From Candidatus Latescibacterota bacterium (GTDB lineage: Bacteria > Latescibacterota > UBA2968 > UBA8231): 64,000 bases of DNA. The position numbers and the translations under genes were made by a program. The number at the start of each line of letters is the position of its first letter. Positions within the stretch are counted from its first letter, which is position 1. Under the pieces are notes generated by a model. That model did no database searches. It was not told the origin of the DNA and saw only the letters and a list, made by a program, of their open reading frames with translations. Positions 1 to 9,123 of the stretch are shown here, piece after piece. The stretch lies in contig CBDCSU010000004.1 of assembly GCA_965221775.1 (NCBI GenBank), positions 1,024,001-1,088,000 on the forward strand, read 5' to 3'.

Positions 1-990
1 GCAACCGCGCCCGTCGACATCGGGAATCCCCTTCTGCCGGAGGCGGAAGACATGTCCGGACTGGGTGCCCTCGGGAATCTTCATCCGCACCTCGCCGTGC
101 AGGGTGGGCACGGCCACCGAGTCGCCGAGGGCCGCCTGGCCGATGGTGATCGGCAGCCGGAAGAGAATGTCGTTCCCCTCGCGGGAGAAGTGCTCGTGCT
201 CCTCTTCCTCGATGAAGACGAGGCAGTCTCCCGGCGGACCCCCGCGCGGACCCACGTCGCCCTGACCGCGCAGGGGGATGTAGTTGCCGGTGGTGACCCC
301 GGCGGGAATGCGCACGGTGATCGTCGACGTGTCGCGCACGCGGCCCTCGCCCCTGCAGTCGCGGCAAGGATCGGCCACGGTCCGGCCTTCGCCGCCGCAG
401 GCGGGGCAGGCGGTGACGGTGACGGACTGTCCGAAGAAGGAGCGCGACACCTGCTGCACCTGGCCCATGCCGTTGCAGGTGGCGCAGATGCTGGCGCCGG
501 AGCCGGCCGCGGCCCCGCTCCCCTCGCAGGCGGGGCAGCGCTGCTGACGAGTCAGGTTGATCTTCTTCTCGGCGCCGGTGGCCACCTCCTCGAGGGTGAG
601 CTGGAGGGCGATGCGCAGATCCCTGCCCTTCGGGGGGCCGGAAGGACCTCGGGCCCGCCGCCGGCCACCGCCGAAGATTCCGCCGAAGAAATCGCCGAGG
701 ATGTCCTCCACGTCGGTGGCGTGGGTGAAGTCCGACCACTGGAAGCCGCCGCTGCCGAAGTTGCCCTCCACGCCGGCGTGCCCGAAGCGGTCGTACTTCT
801 GCCGCTTCTCCGAGTCGCTGAGGATCTCGTAGGCCTCGGAGGCCTCCTTGAAGCTCGCCTCCGCCTCGCCGTCGCCCGGATTGCGGTCGGGGTGGTACTT
901 CAGCGCCAGCCTTCGGTAGGCGCTCTTGATCTGGTCCTCCCCCGCGTCCCGTTCGAGCCCGAGGACTTCGTAGTAGTCGCGCTTCGCCAT
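1..990 (-). CDS. dnaJ: Chaperone DnaJ (3' end runs off window)
   Basis: Not in ORF track (no stop in window). Manual translation from ATG at 990: MAKRDYYEVLG..., J-domain HPD motif (KYHPDRNPGD), four CxxCxGxG repeats (CPACEGSG, CATCNGMG, CPACGGEG, CRDCRGEG), C-terminal IPEGTQSG. Confidence 0.97.
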   Translation of the reverse strand, partial: MAKRDYYEVLGLERDAGEDQIKSAYRRLALKYHPDRNPGDGEAEASFKEASEAYEILSDSEKRQKYDRFGHAGVEGNFGSGGFQWSDFTHATDVEDILGDFFGGIFGGGRRRARGPSGPPKGRDLRIALQLTLEEVATGAEKKINLTRQQRCPACEGSGAAAGSGASICATCNGMGQVQQVSRSFFGQSVTVTACPACGGEGRTVADPCRDCRGEGRVRDTSTITVRIPAGVTTGNYIPLRGQGDVGPRGGPPGDCLVFIEEEEHEHFSREGNDILFRLPITIGQAALGDSVAVPTLHGEVRMKIPEGTQSGHVFRLRQKGIPDVDGRGC

Positions 991-1003
991 TCGATCTCGC
1001 CCG

Positions 1004-1672
1004 CTACCCTTCGTCCTCGGCTCCCTCGTCGCGGCCGCCCTCGCCGTCCCGGCCTCCCGACCCGGCCTCGGAGGAACCCTCGTCCACCGGCGCCGTGCTG
1101 ACCACGACCCTGGACGGACGGATCACGCGGCCATTGAGCTTGTAGCCCTTCTCCATCTCCTGCATCACCGTTCCGGGAGGATGCTCTTCGGAGGGTATCT
1201 GCAGCATGGCCTCGTGCTGGTTGGGATCGAAGCCCTGTCCCTCCGCCTCGATCTCCTCGAGACCGTATCCGGAGAGGATCTCGTTGAACTGCCGGAAGAT
1301 GATCTCGATGCCCTCGCGCAAGGCCGCCGGATCGGATGCCTCCTGCCCCAGGGCGCGGCGGAAGTTGTCGAGGAGGGGGGCCACCTGCAGGAGCATGTCG
1401 CGCAGGGTGTCGTCCCGGGTCTCGGCGCGGATCCTGACGGTGCGCTTGCGGAAGTTGTCGAGCTCGGCGGCGGTCCTGAGGTAGCGGTTCTGGTTCTCTT
1501 CGGCCTCCGCCAGGGCGCGCTCGAGGTCGGTCGGCTCGGCCTCGACCTCCGCCTCTTCCGGCGCCGGCTCGGCCGCCTCTTCCTCGGACGCCTCCACCGC
1601 GGGGGCCTCGGGTCCCGCCTCAGGCGGGACGTCGGGCTCTTCGTCGGGCTGGTCCTTCACTTCTCGACTCAT
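1004..1672 (-). CDS. grpE: Nucleotide exchange factor GrpE
   Basis: RTAAELDNFRKR, FDPNQHEAM, EKGYKLNGRVIRPSRVVV motifs; start trimmed to MSREVK. Confidence 0.96.
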   Translation of the reverse strand: MSREVKDQPDEEPDVPPEAGPEAPAVEASEEEAAEPAPEEAEVEAEPTDLERALAEAEENQNRYLRTAAELDNFRKRTVRIRAETRDDTLRDMLLQVAPLLDNFRRALGQEASDPAALREGIEIIFRQFNEILSGYGLEEIEAEGQGFDPNQHEAMLQIPSEEHPPGTVMQEMEKGYKLNGRVIRPSRVVVSTAPVDEGSSEAGSGGRDGEGGRDEGAEDEG

Positions 1673-1757
1673 GGATGATCGCCCTCGATGGTTGCAGCGG
1701 CGGCGCACGGGGACGCCGACCGCCCGGTGCAGCGGTCCCTCCCGGAGGCGCGGGGCT

Positions 1758-2774
1758 TCAGGAGACCAGCTCCGGCGCCCTCGACGCGGTGTAGTTCACC
1801 AGCGCCATGACGCGGTCGTAGGGCATGCGCGCCGGCCCCATGACGCCGATGACGCCGACGGCGCCGTGGACCTCGTAGCTCGCCGTCACCAACCCGCACA
1901 GGCGGAGCCCCTGGGGGTCGTGCTCCTCGCCGATGGTGACGACCACCCCTTCGCGGTCGGAGAGCAGACCGGCCAGCTCGTCGCGGTGCTCCACCAGGTC
2001 CATCAGCTCGGCCACGTCCAGGGCGTCCCGGAACTCCGGCTGCGCGCAGATGTGGCGCGCCCCGGCCACGTGCAGGGCGGGTCCGGCGGGCGACGACATG
2101 GACTCGAGCTGCTCGATCACCTGGCGCAGCAGGTCCTGCTGCCCCCTGGCCATGTCACCGAAGCGCTCGCGGACGGTCTCGCGCACCTCGGCCAGGGTCA
2201 GGCCCGCGAGGCGCTCGTTGAGGCGCGTGGAGACGCCGACCACCTCGCCGGGGTCGACGCTGGAGCCGACCTCGATCACCAGGCTGTGGACCGGCCCCGT
2301 CTCGAGGGAGACCACCAGCAGCAGGCGGCCCCCGGCCAGGCGCATGAGCTCGAGCCGCTGCAGGCGCACCTGCTCGAAGGCGGGCGCCAGAACAAGCCCC
2401 AACTGCATCGACAGGTCGCCGATGATCCCGGCCAGCTGTCCGTGGATCTCGTCGGCCGAGAGCTGCTGCAGCCTGGCCTCGAGCTGACGCCGCAGGACGC
2501 CGATGTGCGTGAGGTCCTGACCGTCGAGGGCGTGGGAGGCGTAGAACCGGTAGGCCCTGTTCGTGGGAAGCCTGCCGGCCGAGGTGTGGGGCTGCCGGAG
2601 GAAGCCCTTCTCCTCGAGGCTGACCAGTATCTTGCGGATGGTGGCGGGGCTGACCTCGAGACTCTCACGCTCGAGCAGGCCGGCCGAGCCCACGGGGCTG
2701 CCGACCTCGACGTGGACGCGCACCAGAGCGGCGAGGATGGTCTCCTCGCGGGGGGTCAGAAGCTCTCCCGGCAA
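1758..2774 (-). CDS. hrcA: Heat-inducible transcription repressor HrcA
   Basis: N-terminal wHTH with PVGS, SPATIR, QPHTSAGRLPT; C-terminal GVIGVMGPARMPY; upstream of grpE. Start codon uncertain. Confidence 0.95.
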   Translation of the reverse strand: MPGELLTPREETILAALVRVHVEVGSPVGSAGLLERESLEVSPATIRKILVSLEEKGFLRQPHTSAGRLPTNRAYRFYASHALDGQDLTHIGVLRRQLEARLQQLSADEIHGQLAGIIGDLSMQLGLVLAPAFEQVRLQRLELMRLAGGRLLLVVSLETGPVHSLVIEVGSSVDPGEVVGVSTRLNERLAGLTLAEVRETVRERFGDMARGQQDLLRQVIEQLESMSSPAGPALHVAGARHICAQPEFRDALDVAELMDLVEHRDELAGLLSDREGVVVTIGEEHDPQGLRLCGLVTASYEVHGAVGVIGVMGPARMPYDRVMALVNYTASRAPELVS

Positions 2775-2924
2775 GAGGCGCAGGTCCCTGTCTGCGATTC
2801 CCCTCCGTGGTCGGAGGCCGCGCGGCCCCGGGCGCGGTCGCCCGGGGGGCGGGCAGAGGGCTGCGCCACCGGCCTGACCGTGGGAAGGTTGTATGGGAGG
2901 GAGGCCATCTCGATCGAAATCGTG

Positions 2925-2952
2925 AAGGTAGGTTCGAGCCGCACCCTGTCAA
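2925..2952 (-). promoter_or_regulatory. Putative sigma70-type promoter for hrcA-grpE-dnaJ
   Basis: Minus strand TTGACA (2952-2947), 16-nt spacer, TACCTT (2930-2925). Confidence 0.45.
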
Positions 2953-3120
2953 CCCGCCTGCAGGAGTCGCCGCGAGGCGATCCTCGGCAGCCCCTCCCGG
3001 GCTGGAAGGACCTCCGGCGGCGATCCCGGATCCCCTCCGCGCCGGTTGCCGATGCCCCGCCTCGTGCCGAACTTTCCGCCGACCCACCAGGAGTGGATCT
3101 CCCCATCCCAAGGAGCGACC

Positions 3121-4068
3121 GTGTCCTTTCCACGTGCCTTGCCCGGGTTCCTCGCCGCCAGCCTGATCGCCTCCAGCTTCGCGGCCCGGGAGGCCGCCGC
3201 CGCCGAGGAGCCGTCCGGCGTCTTCAGCGAATCCCCCCTCCCCCACTACATGGTGCGCCAGGCCGGCGGAGAGATCTCCGTCGACGGCCGTCTCGACGAG
3301 TTCGACTGGGCCGCGGCGCCCCAGATCGACGCCTTCACCCGCATCCTCAACGACTACGGGCGCATCGCCAATCCCACGCGGGCGCGGATGCTCTGGGACG
3401 ACGAGGCCCTCTACGTCGCCTACGCCTGCCGCGACGCCGACATGTGGGCCCTCTTCACCGAGGAAGACGACCCCATGTGGTCGGAGGAGGTCGTCGAGGT
3501 CTTCATCGATCCCGACGGCGACGGACTCGACTACCTCGAGCTCGAGGTCAACCCCCTCAACGCCGTCGTCGACCTCCACATCGGCCGGATCCACCCCGAG
3601 TGGGTCTCCGACAAGGACTGGGACATCCTCGGGCTGGAGACGGCCGTTCAGGCGGTGGGCACGGTGAACGACAGCACCGACGTCGATGGCGGATGGACGG
3701 TGGAGATCGCCATCCCGTGGGCGGCCTTCGCGCCGACCATCGCCGGGGGCGGGAAGCCGCGCGTCGGCGACCGCTGGCGGCTGAACCTCTACCGCATCGA
3801 GCGCGGCGCCGGCGCCGGCGTCCGGGCCCGGCTGCGCGAGCTGGGAGAGGCCGTGGCGCGGCTGACCGAGAGGCTGGAAGCCCTTGGCGACGACGGCGAC
3901 CCCGGCGAGCGCTCCCGCCTCGAGGGGGAGATGCGGGTGCTGGAGGCGGAGTCCGAGCCCCTGGGAGAACGCTACCGCCAGGAGACGGAGTACACAGCCT
4001 GGAGCCCCACCTTCCAGAGGGGTTTCCACCATCCCGCCCGCTTCGGCGTGGTGGAGTTCGCGCCGTGA
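3121..4068 (+). CDS. Secreted CBM9-like / DOMON sugar-binding domain protein
   Basis: AAGGAG RBS before GTG 3121; signal peptide; VDGRLDEFDW, LWDDEALYV, EVVEVFIDP, WTVEIAIPW, WRLNLYR, FHHPARFG typical of CBM9-like family. Confidence 0.8.
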   Translation: MSFPRALPGFLAASLIASSFAAREAAAAEEPSGVFSESPLPHYMVRQAGGEISVDGRLDEFDWAAAPQIDAFTRILNDYGRIANPTRARMLWDDEALYVAYACRDADMWALFTEEDDPMWSEEVVEVFIDPDGDGLDYLELEVNPLNAVVDLHIGRIHPEWVSDKDWDILGLETAVQAVGTVNDSTDVDGGWTVEIAIPWAAFAPTIAGGGKPRVGDRWRLNLYRIERGAGAGVRARLRELGEAVARLTERLEALGDDGDPGERSRLEGEMRVLEAESEPLGERYRQETEYTAWSPTFQRGFHHPARFGVVEFAP

Positions 4069-4700
4069 GCCAGGCCCCCCGGGGGAACCTCCGGGCCGGG
4101 GCCGCCCTGTCCGCCCTGGCCCTGCTTCTTTCCGCCCTGCCGGCGGTCCTGCTGCAGGCCGAGGAGGGCGGAACGGCCGCCGCCTCGGCCGGGATGGTCC
4201 GCGTCGGCGACTTCTGGATCGACCGCTACGAATACCCCAACGTGGAGGGAGAGCTGCCCCGCGTGGACGTCACCTGGCGCGAGGCTTCGGATCTGTGCGC
4301 CGCCCGGGGCCGGCGCCTGTGCACGGAGCGCGAGTGGGAGCTGGCCTGCCGGGGCCCGAGGAACTTCGTCTACGGCTACGGTCCCGACTTCGAGCCGGAG
4401 CGCTGCAACACCCCCTTCCTCGGCGCCGGCGGGACCTGGGTGCGCGACCGGGGAACGGCCCCGAGCGGAGCCCACGACGGCTGCGGCAACGACTACGGCG
4501 TCCGCGACATGATCGGCAACGTGTGGGAGTGGACGGACGGATGGTACGACGCCGGGAGCGGATGGCGCGTGGTCCGCGGGGGGTCCTGGTTCCACAGCGC
4601 CAACTACGCCCGCGCCGACGCGCGCTACGGCCGCCTCCTCGACGAGAGCTACAGCCTCGACCTCATCGGCTTCCGTTGCTGCCGGTCGGCCGGGCCATGA
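4065..4700 (+). CDS. Formylglycine-generating enzyme (FGE-sulfatase/SUMF1) domain protein, secreted
   Basis: C-terminal part of ORF 1671..4700; GTGA overlap with upstream gene; IDRYEY, RLCTEREWELACRG, DMIGNVWEW, RGGSW, GFRCC. Confidence 0.85.
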   Translation: MSQAPRGNLRAGAALSALALLLSALPAVLLQAEEGGTAAASAGMVRVGDFWIDRYEYPNVEGELPRVDVTWREASDLCAARGRRLCTEREWELACRGPRNFVYGYGPDFEPERCNTPFLGAGGTWVRDRGTAPSGAHDGCGNDYGVRDMIGNVWEWTDGWYDAGSGWRVVRGGSWFHSANYARADARYGRLLDESYSLDLIGFRCCRSAGP

Positions 4701-5191
4701 CTCCGGCCCCCGAACCCGGAGTCGGCATCCGTCCCTACCGATCCGCCGATCTGGAGCGCCTGAAGGAGATCACCGCCATCTGCTTTGAAGGCGTGTCGAT
4801 CGACCGCAACATCGAGCAGATGTTCGGCCTCATGGGCGGCCGCGACTGGCGGTTCCGCAAGCTGCGCCACATCGACGCCGACGTGGCCGGGGAGAACGGC
4901 CGCGGCGTCTTCGTCTACGAGGACGGCGGCGAGATCGTCGGATACATCACCACGCGGATCGACGGCGCCTCCCGGATCGGCCACATTCCGAACACGGCGG
5001 TCCACCCGGACCACCAGGGCCGCGGCATCGGCCGGCGTCTGATGGAGCACGCCATCGAGTTCCTGCGCGCCGAGGGGATGGAGGCCGTCCGGATCGAGAC
5101 CCTGGAGCAGAACCCGGTCGGCGCCCGCTTCTACCCGGACGTGGGGTTCCAGGAAGTGGCCCGCCAGATCCACTACGTCATGCGCCTCTGA
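4697..5191 (+). CDS. GNAT family N-acetyltransferase
   Basis: ATGA overlap; acetyl-CoA motif AVHPDHQGRGIGRRLM; ARFYPDVGF. Confidence 0.88.
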   Translation: MTPAPEPGVGIRPYRSADLERLKEITAICFEGVSIDRNIEQMFGLMGGRDWRFRKLRHIDADVAGENGRGVFVYEDGGEIVGYITTRIDGASRIGHIPNTAVHPDHQGRGIGRRLMEHAIEFLRAEGMEAVRIETLEQNPVGARFYPDVGFQEVARQIHYVMRL

Positions 5192-5199
5192 GGGACGGG

Positions 5200-5889
5200 A
5201 TGTCCGATCGCGACAAGGAGCTGGCCGCCCGCCGGGCCGTGGATTACGTCGTCGACGGCATGGTGGTCGGCCTCGGGACGGGCTCGACGGCGGACTTCGC
5301 CATCCGCGCCCTTGGCGAGCGGGCCCGGTCGGAAGGTCTCGACATCCGGTGCGTGCCCACCTCCCTGGCCTCGGCCCGACTCGGGGAACAGGTCGGTCTC
5401 GACATCCGCAGCCTCGAGGACTGTCCGGCCATCGATCTGACCATCGACGGCGCCGACGAGGTCGATCCCCGCCTCGACCTGATCAAGGGCCTCGGGGGCG
5501 CGCTGCTGCGCGAGAAGATCGTCGCCGGCGCCAGCGCCCGGGTGGTCGTCATCGTCGACGCCTCCAAGCGGGTCGAGCGCCTCGGCACGCGGTCGCCCCT
5601 GCCGGTGGAGGTCGTCCCCTTCGCCTGGACCCTGGCCCGCCAGCGCCTGATGGAGCTGGGTCCGCGGGTCGAGCGGCGGCAGGACCCGCAGGGTCAGCCC
5701 TTCGTGACCGACAACGGCAACTACATCCTCGACTGCCGCTTCACCGAGGGCATCGCCGACCCCGGCGGCCTGGAGCCCCAGGTCAACGCGATCCCCGGGG
5801 TGGTGGAGAACGGGTTTTTCATCGGCCTGGTGGACGCCGTCGTCGTGGGCGACCACGGCCGGTACCAGGTGCTGGAGCGCCAAGCCTAG
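5200..5889 (+). CDS. rpiA: Ribose-5-phosphate isomerase A
   Basis: GLGTGST, DGADEVD, IKGLGGALLREKIV, TDNGNYILD. Confidence 0.97.
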   Translation: MSDRDKELAARRAVDYVVDGMVVGLGTGSTADFAIRALGERARSEGLDIRCVPTSLASARLGEQVGLDIRSLEDCPAIDLTIDGADEVDPRLDLIKGLGGALLREKIVAGASARVVVIVDASKRVERLGTRSPLPVEVVPFAWTLARQRLMELGPRVERRQDPQGQPFVTDNGNYILDCRFTEGIADPGGLEPQVNAIPGVVENGFFIGLVDAVVVGDHGRYQVLERQA

Positions 5890-6305
5890 GGCCTGCGGAC
5901 CCCGATCCCCCGCTCATAGACCAGCGCTCCCCCCTGAAGGCCGGCGGCGAAGAGGAGCCCCAGGGCAACGGCGCCCACCAGCAGCCAGGCCGGCGCCAAG
6001 CCGGCATCCCCGGGGCGCAGAACACCCGGCAACCGGCCCAGGGCCGACGCCAGGTAGAGCAGCAGGGCGAGGGTGGCGTAGTCCTCGTGCTGCTGAATCG
6101 CCGCCGCGTGCACCGAAGCGCGGAAGTCGGCGGCGGCGAGATTGCCGGTTACCACCGCGGCCATGGCGCCCGCGGTGCCGGCCAGGAGCAGCACATAGCC
6201 GAGCCGGTGCCAGGGCCGGCGAGCCACCAGGCCGGCCACGTCGAGGCAGAAGCCGAAGGCGAGAAGGGCCATCGGGAAGTGGACGACGATCGGATGCAGG
6301 GGCAT
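5886..6305 (-). CDS. DUF2231-like membrane protein
   Basis: HPIVVHFP N-terminal motif, four hydrophobic segments, GGALVYERGIGV C-terminus. Confidence 0.75.
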   Translation of the reverse strand: MPLHPIVVHFPMALLAFGFCLDVAGLVARRPWHRLGYVLLLAGTAGAMAAVVTGNLAAADFRASVHAAAIQQHEDYATLALLLYLASALGRLPGVLRPGDAGLAPAWLLVGAVALGLLFAAGLQGGALVYERGIGVRRP

Positions 6306-6361
6306 GGAGGGGGATGGTAGACGGCGCCTCACGGCCCGGCAAGGCGAGCCGGACCGCAGAG

Positions 6362-6391
6362 TTGACCCCTTCCGAAGCGTGCGGCTATCAT
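6362..6391 (+). promoter_or_regulatory. Putative sigma70-type promoter for ilvD
   Basis: TTGACC, 18-nt spacer, TATCAT, ~90 bp upstream of AGGAGG RBS and ilvD start. Confidence 0.5.
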
Positions 6392-6483
6392 GCCCTCACC
6401 CCACTCCCGGAGTTGCCCCTGCCCATGGCTTCCGATCTGTCCGAGCACATCGAGACGACCCCCCGGGACCAAACAGGAGGTGA

Positions 6484-8145
6484 ATGATGCGGCCGAGCCG
6501 AACCATGGTCGAAGGGCCTTCCCGCGCCGGAGCGCGGGCCATGTACAAGGCCGTCGGCTACGACGACGACGCCCTCGGCCGGCCGCTGATCGGCATCGCC
6601 AACACGTGGACGGAGATCGGCCCCTGCAACTACCACCTGCGGGACCTGGCGGAGCACGTGAAGCGGGGGGTGCGCGAGGCCGGCGGCACGCCGATGGAGT
6701 TCAACACCGTCGTCGTCTCCGACGGCATCACCATGGGCACGGAGGGGATGAAGACATCTCTCGTGAGCCGCGAGGTGATCGCCGATTCCATCGAGCTGGT
6801 GGCGCGCGGCCACATGCTCGACGGCGTGGTCGCCATGACCGGATGCGACAAGACCACTCCGGGAGCGATCCTCGCCCTGGGCCGCCTCGACCTTCCGGCT
6901 CTCGTGTTCTACGGCGGCTCGATCATGCCCGGGAAGCACCGCGGCGCCGACCTGACGATCCAGGACGTGTACGAGGCGATCGGCGCCCAGGCCGGGGGCC
7001 GCATCAGCGCCGACGAGCTCAAGGCGATCGAGGATGCCGCCTGCCCGGGCCCCGGCTCCTGCGGCGGCCAGTTCACGGCCAACACCATGGCCACGGCGAC
7101 GGAGATCCTGGGGCTGGCGCCCATGGGATCCGGATCGATCCCGGCTGCCGATCCCGTCAAGGAGGGGGCGGCGGTGGAGGTCGGCGCGATGGCTGTCGAC
7201 CTGATGCGGCGAGGCCTGCGCCCCCGGCAGGTCGTGACCCGACCTTCCATCGAGAACGCCATCGCCTCGATCGCCACCACCGGCGGCTCGACGAACGGGG
7301 TCCTGCACTTCCTCGCCATCGCCCGCGAGTACGGCATCGAGCTGGATCTGGACGACTTCCAGCGCATCTCCGGGCGCACGCCGCTGATGGTCAGCCTCAA
7401 GCCGGGCGGGCTCTTCGTCGCCTCCGACCTGCACGAGGCCGGGGGCGTCGCCCTGGTGGCCGAGCGGCTGAAGGCTCGGGGCTGCCTGAACGAGGGCTGC
7501 CCCACGGTCACCGGGCGCACCATCGGCGAGGAGGCGGACCTCGCCCGGGAGACGCCGGGGCAGGAGGTGGTTCGCCCCGCCGACCGTCCCATCCGCTCCA
7601 GCGGCGGACTGGTCGTCCTGCGGGGGAACCTGGCTCCGGAGGGATGCGTGGTGAAGCTCGCCGGGTACGAGCGTTCCAGGCACGTCGGCCCGGCCCGCGT
7701 CTTCGACCGCGAGGATGACGTGCTCCCGAGGATCGAAGGGGGCGACATCAGGGATGGCGATGTCGTGGTGATCCGCTACGAGGGGCCCGTCGGCGGCCCG
7801 GGCATGCGCGAGATGCTGCAGATCACCGGCGCCATCGTCGGCGCCGGCCTCGGGGAGACGGTGGCCCTGCTCACCGACGGCCGGTTCTCGGGCGCCACCC
7901 GCGGCCTGATGATCGGCCACGTCGCTCCGGAGGCGGCCTCCGGGGGGCCGATCGCGCTGATTCGCGACGGCGACGAGATCACCATCGACACCGAGGCTCG
8001 CCGCGTCGACGCAGCCCTCGACCCGGAGGAGCTGGAGCGCCGCCGGGCGCGGTGGACGGCGCCGGAACCCCGCTACCGGAGCGGGGTGATGGCCAAGTAC
8101 GCGCGCCTCGTCTCCAGCGCCTCCACGGGGGCCGTCACCGGCTGA
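6484..8145 (+). CDS. ilvD: Dihydroxy-acid dehydratase
   Basis: PCNYHL, SDGITMG, GCDKT, CGGQFTANTM, GGSTN, YEGPVGGPGMREM, TDGRFSG. Confidence 0.96.
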   Translation: MMRPSRTMVEGPSRAGARAMYKAVGYDDDALGRPLIGIANTWTEIGPCNYHLRDLAEHVKRGVREAGGTPMEFNTVVVSDGITMGTEGMKTSLVSREVIADSIELVARGHMLDGVVAMTGCDKTTPGAILALGRLDLPALVFYGGSIMPGKHRGADLTIQDVYEAIGAQAGGRISADELKAIEDAACPGPGSCGGQFTANTMATATEILGLAPMGSGSIPAADPVKEGAAVEVGAMAVDLMRRGLRPRQVVTRPSIENAIASIATTGGSTNGVLHFLAIAREYGIELDLDDFQRISGRTPLMVSLKPGGLFVASDLHEAGGVALVAERLKARGCLNEGCPTVTGRTIGEEADLARETPGQEVVRPADRPIRSSGGLVVLRGNLAPEGCVVKLAGYERSRHVGPARVFDREDDVLPRIEGGDIRDGDVVVIRYEGPVGGPGMREMLQITGAIVGAGLGETVALLTDGRFSGATRGLMIGHVAPEAASGGPIALIRDGDEITIDTEARRVDAALDPEELERRRARWTAPEPRYRSGVMAKYARLVSSASTGAVTG

Positions 8146-8157
8146 GCGGGACCTGCC

Positions 8158-9075
8158 TCAAAGCCGGACCGCGTGCTCTCGCACGTAGGCCTCGACCTGC
8201 CGCCCGGTGTCGCGCCAAGGGAAGGTGCCGCCCGGCGGGAAGTAGTAGTGGTACTCGGCGTATTCCAGGCCGTAGGGCGCCGCCATCCGCCGGTTTTCCT
8301 CCAGTCCGAAGAGCCGGATGTACTCGCGGTCGGCGGTCTCGTCGTCGTCGCCCAGGGCCGGCAGCTTCCTTCCCTCCGCCGCCAGCCGCGCCCTCAGCCG
8401 GCGCCCGTGGGACCCGGCCGGCCCCTGGGACTTGTTGGCCGCCATGGACTCGATCTTCAGCTCCAGGAAGGGGCCGATGTCGGTGACCAGGTTGTAGGGC
8501 GACCCGGGGCGCATGGCCCAGTAGTACTTGTCGCGCACGCCGCGGGGCTTCATCCCGGCCTGCACCTGCTCGGGGTAGTCCTTCGCCGAGGCCGCCATCC
8601 AGCACGCCGACTCCACCAGCTGCCCCGTCACGTAGTGGTCGGGGTTCTCCTCCCACCGGGCCCACGGGTGGAAGCTCATCACCGTGTCCACCTGCAGGTG
8701 GCGGAAGAGGAAGATCAGCCGGCAGCGCTGCTCCAGCATCGAGTTTTCCTCCTGGCGGTGGTTGCGGTAGCCGAGGTTGAAGATGTCCTCGATGCCGAGA
8801 CTGTCGGCCAGGGCGCTCACGTCGACCTCGTTGCTCTTGATGGCGTCGGCGATCGTGCCGGGGCCGCACTTCTCGTCGTTGGTCGTCTGGATGAGGAACG
8901 CCTTGTAGCCCTCGGCGATCAGCTTGGCCACCAGCCCGCCCGAGTAGAGAGGCATGTCGTCGGCGTGGGCCTGGACGATGCCGAGGACCTTGCCTTCGTG
9001 GGGCCGCGACTCGTCGAAGGTGTCGATCCTCACCGGACCGTGGGTCGTGTCTTCCGCGTACCAGCCGTCGTGCAT
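8158..9075 (-). CDS. PIG-L family deacetylase
   Basis: Metal-binding AHADD motif and NPDH motif. Confidence 0.8.
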   Translation of the reverse strand: MHDGWYAEDTTHGPVRIDTFDESRPHEGKVLGIVQAHADDMPLYSGGLVAKLIAEGYKAFLIQTTNDEKCGPGTIADAIKSNEVDVSALADSLGIEDIFNLGYRNHRQEENSMLEQRCRLIFLFRHLQVDTVMSFHPWARWEENPDHYVTGQLVESACWMAASAKDYPEQVQAGMKPRGVRDKYYWAMRPGSPYNLVTDIGPFLELKIESMAANKSQGPAGSHGRRLRARLAAEGRKLPALGDDDETADREYIRLFGLEENRRMAAPYGLEYAEYHYYFPPGGTFPWRDTGRQVEAYVREHAVRL

Positions 9076-9123
9076 GGGAATCTCCTGGCCCGATGGGAAG
9101 CGGCGCGCCCGGCGGTCTCCGCT

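Noticed and set aside
52-1101. 349-aa plus-strand ORF
   Set aside because: Antisense shadow of dnaJ/grpE; no recognisable motifs.
2938-2964. Degenerate CIRCE overlapping the hrcA -35 box (GCCGCACCC-N9-GCCTGCAGG)
   Set aside because: Only about half of the consensus positions match; plausible by chance at this GC.
4065-4700. FGE/C-type lectin protein as a diversity-generating retroelement target
   Set aside because: No template repeat or reverse transcriptase seen in the window.
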